A stretch of DNA of 64,000 nucleotides from the IMG/VR virus record IMGVR_UViG_3300034061_004392, positions 1,773 through 65,772 of that record; one strand, written 5' to 3'. The stretch comes from a virus (lineage: Duplodnaviria; Caudoviricetes). Each line of letters opens with the position of its first letter. Position 1 is the stretch's first letter. Made by a program: the position numbers and the translations under genes. Below the pieces are notes generated by a model. The model had not been told where the DNA came from. It did not search any database and saw nothing but the letters and a program-made list of their open reading frames with translations. Positions 1 through 10,571 of the stretch are shown one piece after another.

Positions 1-2101
1 CTGCAGGATGTAGTAGTCCTAATAATGTTTCTCTATATTTTGCAATCTCTTTATCTACAGTAATTTGATATGTGAAGTTATTATAATTCTCACTCTGTAG
101 AACACTGAATGCACTAGGTTGTCCTCTGCTATCTAGGTATTGACCTTGACTGAAACTTAATCCATTTAAGAACGATGCTGTAGCTTTTGCTGTTCCATCT
201 CCATATGTACGAACACCAGAAGTAAACTCTGGACTTCCTATAAAGAAATAATTTTCTGGATAACTTGTTGTGTCAATATCTAAAATTAAATCTTGGTTTG
301 AAACTTTTAATTGTAGTGATGTATTTGGAGCAGCACTATAATTATAAACTCTTAATCTGTATTTTGACTGAGTTGTTATTAGGTTAGGCACAAGTAGAGA
401 GAAAGAATCTATAGTAGCGGAATATGATGCCGCTGCTGTGTTTGCTCCTTGGTATGCTGTGTTTCCTCTCTGTGATATCAAATTAATATCTACATTTGAA
501 ACAATAATATCTTGAACTTTCAGTGATACTTGTGGAGCAGCTATGTAATCTTCTCCCAAGTTCGTAGCAGTGATATTGGTGATAGAACCAATTCTATCTG
601 TAGCTGGTGTGAATGTCGCTCCTTGCCCCAAAATACCATCAATGTATATTGAACCGTTTGAACCACCAGATGTTGATATCGTCAAAATAGGCAAAGCATC
701 TAAACGATAACCTAATCCACCAAGAGGATATAATCCGTCATCTGGAACATATCGAATAGAAGTTATAGCACCGTTTGCTGCAACATTAGTTACATTTGCA
801 TGAGCGCCGTATCCTGAACCTCCAGTAAATATAATTCGATCATTTATGGCATAACCTGTACCAGGATTTCCTATTTGTATTGGTGCTAATATACCAAGTG
901 AACCTAAATCTCCATCCGCTGAAGGATTGTCTGTAGGATAAGTTGAAATGGCTGTAACTCCGATAGCAGCAGCCGAACTTATTCCTCCACCGCCATTGAC
1001 AACATTAACGGAGCTAATCGGGAATGCAAAAAATGAAGTAGTATTAGGAAAAGCATTTAGTAGTGAAGTATTAGCGTTTGCTGTTGAACTTGTGCTAATA
1101 AAAGTATATGTTGCATTTCCAATAGGAACATTAACAGCATACGATAAACTATAACCAATAACTCCTGCAACATTTGCTACAAGACCTTGAGTACCATTGA
1201 AATTTCCTACTTCAGCTATGGCTCCAGGTGCATTAGTTAGAACAATATTTGTATTTGAATTTGCATTATAACCATAACCACCAGTTATTGTATTGATTCG
1301 CTGAATTGAACCTTTTGTTGTTTCACTTACAACAGCAGCAGCGCCTATTCCTGTATTAGAATTCAATCCACCAATAAAGACTACAGGATCACCTTCTTTG
1401 TATAGTTGGCCTCTATTTTGAGGATCGATTCTTACCTGATTGATTTGTCCAATTATTTTTGCTCTGAGAATATTTCCATCAAAAAGAACTGGCTGATTAT
1501 TTGAATCTACAACTCTAACAAATTCTCCAGTTTCAAAAACTCTAGTGATGTTTGAAATATAAACTTCTGTTTTAGTGTTTGCTAATACTGCATTTTCAAT
1601 AGTAGCGATTGTCTTTGAGTTTTCACCAAATAGTCTTAGATTTGTGGTATCTAAAAAATTTATATCAGTAGAAGCTAAACGAACACTTCTGGCAACATAC
1701 CAAATACCATCAGAAGCTCTTAACACATAATCTTTTGTGTTAAAATAATCAAAGTCGGAGTCGTATAGAAGTCTGAAAAGGAATTTATATGATGCTGGTG
1801 TTCCTTTTGATTTATATAACTGTTTTGCTACTTTTATCGCTTTTCTTTTATCAGCTAAAATATCTTCTGGAAAATTAGAAAGAAAATCGTTGACAAAATA
1901 ATTTAAAAATTCATCCGTAGTTCTATCAATATCTTTGTAATTTAGAAGATTTTTTGAGTAGTCTAATACTCCTTGATTTTGTTCCATCCATTCATAATAT
2001 GCCTGAATGAACTCAACAAATTTGGAATAGTCAGGATTATCCCTGATGAATTCAGGAAGCTGAGATGGTATTAATAACGAAGTCTTTTTATCTGTAGACA
2101 T
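1..2101 (-). CDS. Baseplate wedge initiator (T4 gp7-like), 3' end outside window
   Basis: Not in ORF track. ATG at 2101-2099 overlaps the gp6 stop. Reads MSTDKKTSLLIPSQLPEFIRDNPDYSKFVEFIQAYYEWME...LYKSKGTPASYKFLFRLLY, a typical cyanophage-type gp7 N-terminus, and follows gp6. Confidence 0.8.
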   Translation of the reverse strand, partial: MSTDKKTSLLIPSQLPEFIRDNPDYSKFVEFIQAYYEWMEQNQGVLDYSKNLLNYKDIDRTTDEFLNYFVNDFLSNFPEDILADKRKAIKVAKQLYKSKGTPASYKFLFRLLYDSDFDYFNTKDYVLRASDGIWYVARSVRLASTDINFLDTTNLRLFGENSKTIATIENAVLANTKTEVYISNITRVFETGEFVRVVDSNNQPVLFDGNILRAKIIGQINQVRIDPQNRGQLYKEGDPVVFIGGLNSNTGIGAAAVVSETTKGSIQRINTITGGYGYNANSNTNIVLTNAPGAIAEVGNFNGTQGLVANVAGVIGYSLSYAVNVPIGNATYTFISTSSTANANTSLLNAFPNTTSFFAFPISSVNVVNGGGGISSAAAIGVTAISTYPTDNPSADGDLGSLGILAPIQIGNPGTGYAINDRIIFTGGSGYGAHANVTNVAANGAITSIRYVPDDGLYPLGGLGYRLDALPILTISTSGGSNGSIYIDGILGQGATFTPATDRIGSITNITATNLGEDYIAAPQVSLKVQDIIVSNVDINLISQRGNTAYQGANTAAASYSATIDSFSLLVPNLITTQSKYRLRVYNYSAAPNTSLQLKVSNQDLILDIDTTSYPENYFFIGSPEFTSGVRTYGDGTAKATASFLNGLSFSQGQYLDSRGQPSAFSVLQSENYNNFTYQITVDKEIAKYRETLLGLLHPA

Positions 2102-4182
2102 TATTGCAGTTTAGCTGTTAAGTTTACAATAATAGCATTAGGATCAAATTGATCTACTGTAATTATTCTATTAAATGATGACGATATAATTGATGTTGAT
2201 GGATTCGCAGTAATAGTTAATTCTGCCAATTCGTTGCTTATCCCTAAAGGATTGAAAGAATTTAGTTGAACAAGACCTGTTTCGTAATCAACCGTTCCGA
2301 CAGCAGGATTAAGAATATTTTTCACGCCCGAAGCCGTATAATAATATGTTCTGAGTGTACCTAGTCTCCCTTCAATGTTTGCAACTGCCACACCTAAAGT
2401 TCCTGTAGTATCACCTTCTGCTGCTGTAATTGTAACAACAGCACTCGTATATCCAGAACCGTTACTTGTCACTCTAATTTCTCTGATAGTACCATTTAAA
2501 TTGATCAAAGCCAATGCAGTAGCTCCAGAACCATCTCCTGTTATTGTTACCGTTGGTGCTTTTTGATATTTAATACCCGGATTAATGATTGAAATAGAGT
2601 CAACACCACCAGTAGATGAAGGTATTTCTTCAATAAAAACATTTGTTATTGTACTAGTCAAGTTATTCGGATCTCTAAATGTCATTGCTGGAGTACTTGT
2701 AATCCCGCTCTGAAACATTCCTTTTGCTAATGTTGTTCCAAAGTTCAAATTATAACTGGTTGGAACTGCCAATGAAGGGAAAAACTTTTTCTGAGTTTGT
2801 ACGATCAGTTCGTTAGTTATGATTGAAGAATCAATACTCATTATGGAATTCGTAATATCAGTTTCCAAAAATGTTGAATTAAATGTATTTAATGTACTTG
2901 TCGCTCTACTTAAAATAGACTGTTTTATTGTATTTTGTAATTGTGGAGCAGTTAATGTTGTTTTTCTTGGATCATAAAGCACATTAGCTGTTAGCTTTAG
3001 ATAGGTGTAGTCTGGATCAAGTAAAGTTGGCTCAACAGTTAGAACAGAAATTGGTTTAATAACATCTTGTATAATTTTCTGTTTTTGTGTATCCGTAAAG
3101 AAGTATGCACCTGCAGGTTTAAGTGAAACAAAAACTTGACCATATACAGGAGGATCATTTTCTTGTCCTCCCCATACATTTACTGCATCAAAGGCATATC
3201 CTAAATTATTTTGTTGAATTAATGTGATATAATCATTTTTTGACACTGCACGATTTTGTGCAGTATATGATTTTGAAGCTTGAAATCTTATCGAATCAAT
3301 ACTTTCTTTTTCTCCACCATTCGTTGCTGGTACAACTGGAAATATAGAAGTATTAGAAAATCCTGAAATGGAATCAAGTAAAATAAAACTATTGGCACCT
3401 GCTGCTTTTGTTCCGTTTGTTGATAGATAACTTAAGCGAACGATATTTCCATTAATAAGTTTTTTACCTATAATATCGTCACCAAAATATATCTCGTAGT
3501 TTCCATCAAGACCTTCTTGTAAGAAATATACGGTGCTTGTCCCATCTAATAATAACACATCACTCGCTTGTGTATATACTGTGCTAAATGAATTCGTTCC
3601 TGAGTCTTGTACTGCAACTTCTAGTGTAGTGGTATCTATGGTTTCATCTGGAATTTGAAATATCAAATCTGGATTTGATGTAGTATCAACAGTAAATGAA
3701 TAATCTACAGGAGTACCTTGTTTTATTGCTACATCAGTAAAATTTGCTTGCCCAGAAACAACTGAAACTGTTTGCTCATCATCATTTACAAAAATATAGT
3801 TAACACCATCAATTGCTTCCGAAATGAACTTTGTAAACTTTGGAAGAGTTAATAAACTTGTAGTGACACTATATGCAGTTAAATTGATAGTTGCTGTTGG
3901 TGCTATAGTAGATTTTGGAGTGTAGTTTAATACTTTTGCCTGTGACACCACAGAACTTCTCTGTAGTGCGGTATCTAAGAACATCTCATTTCCTACCATG
4001 TTGAGATAATATGCATTATATTGTGTATTATATGCAAGAATATCTAATAAGGTAGAAAGACCTGAACCCGAAAAGTTATAGTCCTTAAATGTATCTTGAC
4101 TCTTTAAGAATGTTATTAGACTTGATTTAATATCTGCAAAATCTAAATCTGCAAACTGTATACTTGAGTTGGCTGTTGCCAT
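2101..4182 (-). CDS. Baseplate wedge subunit gp6
   Basis: LDFADIK..L..FLKSQ..FKDYNFSGSGLS.LLDILAYNT N-terminus; QNRAVS.NDY motif; synteny with gp25. Confidence 0.93.
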   Translation of the reverse strand: MATANSSIQFADLDFADIKSSLITFLKSQDTFKDYNFSGSGLSTLLDILAYNTQYNAYYLNMVGNEMFLDTALQRSSVVSQAKVLNYTPKSTIAPTATINLTAYSVTTSLLTLPKFTKFISEAIDGVNYIFVNDDEQTVSVVSGQANFTDVAIKQGTPVDYSFTVDTTSNPDLIFQIPDETIDTTTLEVAVQDSGTNSFSTVYTQASDVLLLDGTSTVYFLQEGLDGNYEIYFGDDIIGKKLINGNIVRLSYLSTNGTKAAGANSFILLDSISGFSNTSIFPVVPATNGGEKESIDSIRFQASKSYTAQNRAVSKNDYITLIQQNNLGYAFDAVNVWGGQENDPPVYGQVFVSLKPAGAYFFTDTQKQKIIQDVIKPISVLTVEPTLLDPDYTYLKLTANVLYDPRKTTLTAPQLQNTIKQSILSRATSTLNTFNSTFLETDITNSIMSIDSSIITNELIVQTQKKFFPSLAVPTSYNLNFGTTLAKGMFQSGITSTPAMTFRDPNNLTSTITNVFIEEIPSSTGGVDSISIINPGIKYQKAPTVTITGDGSGATALALINLNGTIREIRVTSNGSGYTSAVVTITAAEGDTTGTLGVAVANIEGRLGTLRTYYYTASGVKNILNPAVGTVDYETGLVQLNSFNPLGISNELAELTITANPSTSIISSSFNRIITVDQFDPNAIIVNLTAKLQ

Positions 4183-4577
4183 TATCTTGACCTCTCAAGA
4201 AGTAGATTAATAGATGATGGTAATGTGTTATTTCCGACAAAGAACTGTAGCTCAACAAAAAAAGCATTCTGATCTTCTATCGATAACACATTAACATTAA
4301 TTAAATTGACTCTCGGCTCATAATTTATAATAGTGTTTCTTATTTCTGTTTCTAGTGCCGAAGCTGTTATCGCTGTCGTAGGCTCGAACAAATATCCATT
4401 AACATTTGAGCCTAAGTCTGGCTGAAATGGTCTTTCATAGAAATTTGTTAGAAGTAGATTTCGGACCGAACGAACTACTGCGGTGTCATCGTAACTCAGT
4501 GAAACATCTTTGGTTACAGGATTCATGGCAAATGTTAAATCTAAATCTGAATATATTTTTTGTAGTGTAGTAGCCAT
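4182..4577 (-). CDS. Baseplate wedge subunit gp25
   Basis: YSDLDL, SVRNLLLTNFYERPFQPDLGS and I.NYEPRV motifs. Confidence 0.93.
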   Translation of the reverse strand: MATTLQKIYSDLDLTFAMNPVTKDVSLSYDDTAVVRSVRNLLLTNFYERPFQPDLGSNVNGYLFEPTTAITASALETEIRNTIINYEPRVNLINVNVLSIEDQNAFFVELQFFVGNNTLPSSINLLLERSR

Positions 4578-4593
4578 CTTCTATTTATTATGG

Positions 4594-5553
4594 TTATTGT
4601 GCTGGTCCAGTGTTGCTTCCACCAGATTGAACACCCGAATGAGTATGATCCTGTAGACTTATTGAACCTGCCGTAACATCTCCTGTTGCAGTAATTTGTC
4701 CATCAACATTCAAATTACCGGTTAAATCAAAAGAACTCGCTGTTGCTACCACTTGTGCAGCCTTTAAGTTAACATTTCCCGAAACTGTTATATTGCATGT
4801 TCCTTTAATGTCAACATAATCATCACCTGCTATAATTTCATAGTTCTTGCCCAATACCTTTGTGACTTTACTTCCATCTGGACGCATCTCAACATAGGTA
4901 CCAGTTCTGTGAGCAATATTGATTCTTTCAGCATTTGGTGTATCATCAAACTCCATTACATGACCAGATTCGGTTTCTTTAACATCATTATATGGAGGAA
5001 CTGCTGCATAGGCTGATCTAGGTTCACTCCATTGTGTTCCTGCTGCTGTCTGTACTCCTGTGGTCAGAGAGTTGTTTCTTCTTCCTATGATTGTATCATC
5101 TATCTTTTCGTTTCTATACAGTCTACTTGTTGTTGGTTCACCAGGATATCTTGGGTTTCTCTTTAAGCTTCCATCAATCGGCTTCGGTGCATTTTGAAGC
5201 TGCTCGTTTGTTCTTGGATCATTAAATCCTTTCTGTGGATTGTTTTCATATGCAACAGGAATAGCTGGCATAACTCCAAAATATACGGGCACTTGACCCA
5301 TAGGACCATCAAAGAAAAATCCAAATACCCAATCACCTTCAAGTGGTGTCTTTGATTCGTTTGAAGTGTTTGTTGGTAATATTGGTTGCGCCCAAGGTAA
5401 ATCTGCTGTAGGTATTAAATTCTTATCTGCTGTATGCCAACCAAAAACTCTGATTTGACAACGACACATATTCAATGGATCGTTTCTGTTTTCTACGACA
5501 CCTACCCACCAGGTAAACCCATTCATTCCTGCAAAAACAGTTGTTTGATCCAT
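4594..5553 (-). CDS. Baseplate hub/central spike gp5 (OB-fold plus beta-helix, no lysozyme domain)
   Basis: WWVGVVENRNDP..LPWA..GDWVFGFFFDG OB-fold; ETESGHVMEFDDTP..ERI..HRTGT; C-terminal H-x-H spike tip (QDHTHSGV). Confidence 0.9.
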   Translation of the reverse strand: MDQTTVFAGMNGFTWWVGVVENRNDPLNMCRCQIRVFGWHTADKNLIPTADLPWAQPILPTNTSNESKTPLEGDWVFGFFFDGPMGQVPVYFGVMPAIPVAYENNPQKGFNDPRTNEQLQNAPKPIDGSLKRNPRYPGEPTTSRLYRNEKIDDTIIGRRNNSLTTGVQTAAGTQWSEPRSAYAAVPPYNDVKETESGHVMEFDDTPNAERINIAHRTGTYVEMRPDGSKVTKVLGKNYEIIAGDDYVDIKGTCNITVSGNVNLKAAQVVATASSFDLTGNLNVDGQITATGDVTAGSISLQDHTHSGVQSGGSNTGPAQ

Positions 5554-6986
5554 TATTTCTTCACTCCTGCTACTGTATTCTTAAATATAGGTCTTTCATT
5601 ATCAACTTCTAGATATGCTTGAGGTAAACTATCCTTTACAATTTCTAAAATTGTGTTGTAGCCACCAGTTTGAATAATGTGTCTTACCGCAGTCACAAGA
5701 TATTTTCCGGAGTAATATGGATCTAACTGTTTTGGATCATTACTGGAAGCAGGATCTTGTGATAATAAGTTAAAATTTACCGTTGTACCTACGGTCACAT
5801 TAGGATCACCTGCAATGTATAGTTTTGCTCTAGTGTAGTTTGCAAGACTTATTTGAGACTTTCTGTTTGAAAAAAATGTCTCAACAAATATATCTTTTGT
5901 AACTGAACCTGGTTTTGATTTAATATAATCTACTTTTTCCCATCCACTATTTGTTCCAGCCAACTTCAAGCAACCTTGAGGAGTTTCATATAGAGCATTA
6001 CCAAATCTATTCTTTAAGTTATTCACTACTGGAAATTTATTTAAAGATTTTGATTTATTATGATAATCCATATAATTGAAATCTGTTATTTTATAATTAC
6101 GAAGGAGAGTATCTACTGTAATCAATCTGTTTGCAAAAGTACCAGAAGAAATTCCTTGAATTACATTAAACGATTTTAGTATTTCGTATCCAAGAACATT
6201 GAATACTTCTTTGTCGATGTTTTTATCATAATTTTCCATACTAATATTTTTTGGTCGATATTCGTATGTGTAGTATGGAGCTTTTTCAAATAAAGATTGT
6301 AGTGATGCAAAGTTATATCCTTTTGCATTTTCAAAGAAAAGCATATCTGCACCAATTTTTGTTGCTGACTGAGCATACAAGGAAACCATATTGACAGCTT
6401 CAAACGGTTTCAAATTTGGAATTATGATACTATAGACGCCTTTTGTTTGTTCTATATTTTTAGGGTCATACTTGTTGCTTGGTACTCTCAAATAAGTTAA
6501 AAGAACATCATTAATGATTTGAGATACACCTTTACCATTATATGATTTGCTTATCTTATATTGTTCGGACAAAATTAACTCATCAGAGCAAAAGTGTATT
6601 ACATAGTTCTCTGTGTCAAATCCAGTGGTCTTTTGTCTGTTGCTTATGCTGTATATTCTGAATAGCTTGTCGATCATTACATTAGGGTTGCCGTCTTTAC
6701 CAAAAGCCATACGAATGTATTCGTTTCCATGTAGACCCATCTTTTCAATCAGACCTTGAGCATCACTTATTAAAATCTGACCAGACACTGAGTTACTATA
6801 GATATCTTCAAAGTAAGATAATTCTACCAACATTGGCTTTAAATCTAATGTAATAAATTGTCCAGACAGAATATTCAAAGCTATTAGATTATAGTCTTTT
6901 GAATATCTAATTCCGTCTGTTGTGCTGTTTGTGGAGTAATCTCTATTTACTCCAACGGTAGTATTATCTACTAATGTTGTTGTCAT
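5553..6986 (-). CDS. Putative baseplate hub protein (gp27-like)
   Basis: Lies between gp53 and gp5; YFEDIYS..VSG, FFEN..G.NF.S and YSGKYLVTAVRH motifs of hub proteins. Confidence 0.65.
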   Translation of the reverse strand: MTTTLVDNTTVGVNRDYSTNSTTDGIRYSKDYNLIALNILSGQFITLDLKPMLVELSYFEDIYSNSVSGQILISDAQGLIEKMGLHGNEYIRMAFGKDGNPNVMIDKLFRIYSISNRQKTTGFDTENYVIHFCSDELILSEQYKISKSYNGKGVSQIINDVLLTYLRVPSNKYDPKNIEQTKGVYSIIIPNLKPFEAVNMVSLYAQSATKIGADMLFFENAKGYNFASLQSLFEKAPYYTYEYRPKNISMENYDKNIDKEVFNVLGYEILKSFNVIQGISSGTFANRLITVDTLLRNYKITDFNYMDYHNKSKSLNKFPVVNNLKNRFGNALYETPQGCLKLAGTNSGWEKVDYIKSKPGSVTKDIFVETFFSNRKSQISLANYTRAKLYIAGDPNVTVGTTVNFNLLSQDPASSNDPKQLDPYYSGKYLVTAVRHIIQTGGYNTILEIVKDSLPQAYLEVDNERPIFKNTVAGVKK

Positions 6987-6987
6987 A

Positions 6988-7623
6988 TTATGTGCTTAAT
7001 AATGATTTTAATTTTTCTTCCATTGAACCAGCATAAGAACTATTAATGATATTTACTTGTCTTTTTTCTTCATTTGTTTCTAGCTCATAGTCGTAAATAT
7101 TTTGGGTCTCTTTTGTTTCAGTCACAGTAACATAACTCAAAGCATTAAAATATTTTGTTGTTACTATATTAAAAGGAAGATTAGCATAGGTTTGTGCATC
7201 TACTTTATATTTCATTGTAGTTTCTGTTTGTGAACCAGAATCATAAGATATAACAACTTTTTTATAATATTTTGTAGTTGATTTTGTATATGCAATAACT
7301 GTTTGATTGTTGGAGTTTGCAGCAGCATAATATTTACTTTGAAGATACGCATCAAAGTTTAAATTTGACAATGCAAGATCCCATTGAGGATCCATAATGT
7401 TGTTTCCATATAAGAATATCCAATATCTGTATGGATTATCATAATACTTAGACGCTATAATCTCTGGCGTATCACCATCTTGCATTGCATATTGATAATA
7501 GAGAGAAGGATTTTTTAATAAATTTGGAATTAAATTCACTCTAGCTAGAAGATTAGTTGATAGAGTAACATTCCCTCTACCATCTGAAGTAATAAGTTTA
7601 GGAAAATTACTGAAGTATCTCAT
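6988..7623 (-). CDS. Baseplate wedge protein gp53
   Basis: MRYFSNFP start; LysM-like DGDTPEIIASKYYD..YWI..N.I.DPQWD; YE...NE.KR. Confidence 0.9.
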   Translation of the reverse strand: MRYFSNFPKLITSDGRGNVTLSTNLLARVNLIPNLLKNPSLYYQYAMQDGDTPEIIASKYYDNPYRYWIFLYGNNIMDPQWDLALSNLNFDAYLQSKYYAAANSNNQTVIAYTKSTTKYYKKVVISYDSGSQTETTMKYKVDAQTYANLPFNIVTTKYFNALSYVTVTETKETQNIYDYELETNEEKRQVNIINSSYAGSMEEKLKSLLST

Positions 7624-8762
7624 TATCTTACTCTCTTTTTAGGATCAGAATCGACCATTCTAGTTCTATCGAGAATATCCATTTCTTTAAATGATAGTGT
7701 TAATCTTGTTTGCACTGGTGCACCACCGGAGTATGCTGCCCAACCATTTGGTGCGTAATCTACTGAAATATCCTCTAACACACAATCACCAACTTTATAC
7801 AATCTATCATTTTCGACACCAGCAGAAGCAGCACCAAATCTATTAACTAATGCATTCCCCAATGGCACTCCAGGAATAATGCTATTTCCTGCTTTCTGTA
7901 ACATGTTAGTTAAACTAGAAAATTGTCCAGTTTTAGCCATCAAAAATTCCATATTGAATATTGACGGAGGAGTGAAGTACATACCACCAGTTTGTGTTTG
8001 GACTGTTGGTGCTGCTGCATAAATGAAGGAGTTTACAATTGCAGAAACTTGATCCGATTCTTCTTGTGTGCTAGGAGTAAAAAGAAATTCCATACTGAAT
8101 GTTCTGAATCCTATACCTTTGTATACTAATTGTAGTTGAGGATTAATTGCTAATCCCATAGCTCTTAATCCCAACTCGGTTGTTTGCATTCCAGTAGTTG
8201 CATCTATCGCCCTTAATGCTGCCTCAGGACCATAAGTATTGACTCCTTTAATTAGAGAATTTTTAAGATTATCTCCTCCAACACCACCTTTTTGTATATC
8301 TTCCACTAATGACCCAACAGCACCAGCAACTCTATTCATTCCATTAGTTGCATCCATGATTGATAATTCACTATACTCAGCATGATAATTCATCGATAAA
8401 CTGTCTGGCATGTACAATGATATTACTGTTGCGGTTTTCTTGGTGTCAGGTTTAAGATATGCTTGTAGATTTTTTGCAACATCGGCACTTTTTGCAGTCA
8501 CAGCTTGAGCCTTAGCGCCAATTTCTTCTTTTTTCGTTTGACTTATTGAATCATAAGTAGCTACAACATCAAATTGTTTGGGAATGACATTAGAGATTGT
8601 AAACTGTACAATATGCATTCTAGAAGGATCATTACCTAGACTAGCAGGATATTTGTAATTAAAAGGAACATTTTTATTACCAAAAAGTTTGTCTAGAGGT
8701 CCTTTGAGGACTCCAGTTAACCCACCTGTGGATATTCCGCCAATTTGATTTAAGAGAGCCAT
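7623..8762 (-). CDS. Baseplate tail-tube cap gp48
   Basis: LYMP, INPQLQLVYKGIGFRTFS.EF.FTP, and CVL.DISVDYAPNG...L.FKE motifs. Confidence 0.85.
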   Translation of the reverse strand: MALLNQIGGISTGGLTGVLKGPLDKLFGNKNVPFNYKYPASLGNDPSRMHIVQFTISNVIPKQFDVVATYDSISQTKKEEIGAKAQAVTAKSADVAKNLQAYLKPDTKKTATVISLYMPDSLSMNYHAEYSELSIMDATNGMNRVAGAVGSLVEDIQKGGVGGDNLKNSLIKGVNTYGPEAALRAIDATTGMQTTELGLRAMGLAINPQLQLVYKGIGFRTFSMEFLFTPSTQEESDQVSAIVNSFIYAAAPTVQTQTGGMYFTPPSIFNMEFLMAKTGQFSSLTNMLQKAGNSIIPGVPLGNALVNRFGAASAGVENDRLYKVGDCVLEDISVDYAPNGWAAYSGGAPVQTRLTLSFKEMDILDRTRMVDSDPKKRVR

Positions 8763-8793
8763 GGGTGTTAAATAGATAAGAGATTAATGAAAG

Positions 8794-8801
8794 TATTTAT
8801 A
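8794..8801 (-). promoter_or_regulatory. T4-type late promoter TATAAATA
   Basis: Exact TATAAATA on the minus strand about 30 nt upstream of the gp48 ATG. ATAAATA variants also precede gp25 (~4583) and gp2 (~9237). Confidence 0.7.
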
Positions 8802-9235
8802 TGGCATACTCTGGACGATTTAACCCAACGAACCCACAAAAATACATAGGAGACTACAGGAATATCATCTACAGATCATCATGGGAGTGTAGGGTGATGA
8901 ACTGGCTCGATAAGAATCCTGACATTATGCAGTGGGGTTCTGAAGAACTTACTATACCATACAAATCTCCTGTGGATGGTAGATTTCATCGTTATTTTCC
9001 TGACTTTATCGTTAAAGTCAAGACGAGAGAAGGTAAAACAAAAACGATGATTATTGAAGTGAAACCTGACCGTGAGACAAAAGAACCTAAACCAAGAAAA
9101 CGATTAACTAAACAATATCTACAAGAAGTTGCAACCTATGGAGTAAATCAAGCCAAATGGAAAGCAGCAGAAGAATATTGCTTAGATAGGGGTTGGGAGT
9201 TCAAAGTAATCACAGAAAAACATCTTGGCATCTAA
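8801..9235 (+). CDS. Head completion nuclease gp4
   Basis: YSGRF.P.NP.KY.GD...I.YRSSWE; HRYFPDF; IEVKP; VNQAKW.AA. Confidence 0.93.
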   Translation: MAYSGRFNPTNPQKYIGDYRNIIYRSSWECRVMNWLDKNPDIMQWGSEELTIPYKSPVDGRFHRYFPDFIVKVKTREGKTKTMIIEVKPDRETKEPKPRKRLTKQYLQEVATYGVNQAKWKAAEEYCLDRGWEFKVITEKHLGI

Positions 9236-9247
9236 CATAAATATTCA

Positions 9248-9856
9248 ATGGAATCTAAACTCACTCAATTAGCACAACAACGATCAATGCTTGACTATGA
9301 AATAATGTCAAAGCAAAGTATTCGTTGGTTTCAGGAACAGGTAAGAAATCTTCGCAATCCTGCTCAAATGTCAAGAGCAATCATTCGTGAACAGGAAAGA
9401 AAGCAATCGAGAGTCATATTAGGAAATTTATACTTCTTTGCTTATGATCCAAAGTACGCTGAGGTTTTGCCATACTATGATATATTTCCATTGGTATTGG
9501 TATTGAAAAGAATGCCAGATGGATTTTTAGGAATCAACTTTCATTATTTGCCACCTACTGTTCGTGGTATGTTAATGGATGCATTGATGCCACTTGCCAT
9601 TACCGACGATGACGGAGAGGGCATAGAAAGGGTCAGAATTACGAACAAAACCTACGATATGCTGGCCTCATCCAGACGCTTCAGAGCCTTTCTACCCTGT
9701 CTGAAGCACTATCTTTATGATCACATGGCTACACGACCTTTGAAAGTATTTCCCAAAGAATGGGAATCTGCATTATTCTTGCCAGTAGAAAGATTCCAAA
9801 AGCAAAATAAGAATTCTGTATTTAAAGAATCCATGAGGAAGATAAGGAAAAAGTAA
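9248..9856 (+). CDS. DNA end protector gp2
   Basis: YDPKY...LPYYD.FPLV; GFLGINFHYLP; K.YL; LP.ERF. Confidence 0.9.
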   Translation: MESKLTQLAQQRSMLDYEIMSKQSIRWFQEQVRNLRNPAQMSRAIIREQERKQSRVILGNLYFFAYDPKYAEVLPYYDIFPLVLVLKRMPDGFLGINFHYLPPTVRGMLMDALMPLAITDDDGEGIERVRITNKTYDMLASSRRFRAFLPCLKHYLYDHMATRPLKVFPKEWESALFLPVERFQKQNKNSVFKESMRKIRKK

Positions 9857-10552
9857 ATGCCGTCATTAAACGAATTTAAGGCAAGCTTCAAAACTGACTT
9901 AGCCAGACCAGCCAGATTTGATGTGGAAATTCCAGTTCCACTGAAGCTTGTGGCATATCTAAACACAGGAAGACAAATTAAATTAAGATGTGAAAATGCG
10001 GAACTACCAAGCAAAACTTTAGCAACCGCAGAAAGAAAGATTTATGGTCCAACAGAAAAGCTTCCATATCTCACAACATTTAATGATACAACAATGACTT
10101 TTATGGTAAGTGATGATATGGCGGAAAAGAAATTGTTTGATGCTTGGATGAACTTAATCAATCCAAAAACAACATATGATTTTAATTATAGACAAGACTA
10201 TGTTACACCAATTACCGTAAATCAATATAATGTAAGAAATGAGCTTTCATACTCACTTACTCTGATTGATGCTTTTCCTGTTTCTGTCAATCAATTAGAT
10301 TTAGATTGGAGTAATGAGAATACACATCATAAGCTTTCTGTGACTTTTGCGTATTACACTTGGGAAAACAACTCTCTTGCAGCATTCGCAGAGAATCTTA
10401 TCAATGCTGGAGTTGGAACTGCTGTTGATGCAGCAACTAGTGCATTGAATAAGTATGCTGGTGGAACATCATATAATCCTACTAAAGGTAGTACATCAGG
10501 AAAGATTTATGATATGACTTCAATCGCTCAAGGATTTGTTAGTAAAGAATAA
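9857..10552 (+). CDS. Tail tube initiator / gp54-like protein
   Basis: LARPARF.V; LRCE.AELP; W.N.I; L.DAFP..V....LDW; synteny with gp26. Confidence 0.75.
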   Translation: MPSLNEFKASFKTDLARPARFDVEIPVPLKLVAYLNTGRQIKLRCENAELPSKTLATAERKIYGPTEKLPYLTTFNDTTMTFMVSDDMAEKKLFDAWMNLINPKTTYDFNYRQDYVTPITVNQYNVRNELSYSLTLIDAFPVSVNQLDLDWSNENTHHKLSVTFAYYTWENNSLAAFAENLINAGVGTAVDAATSALNKYAGGTSYNPTKGSTSGKIYDMTSIAQGFVSKE

Positions 10553-10571
10553 TTTGTTATAGGAGATTGCC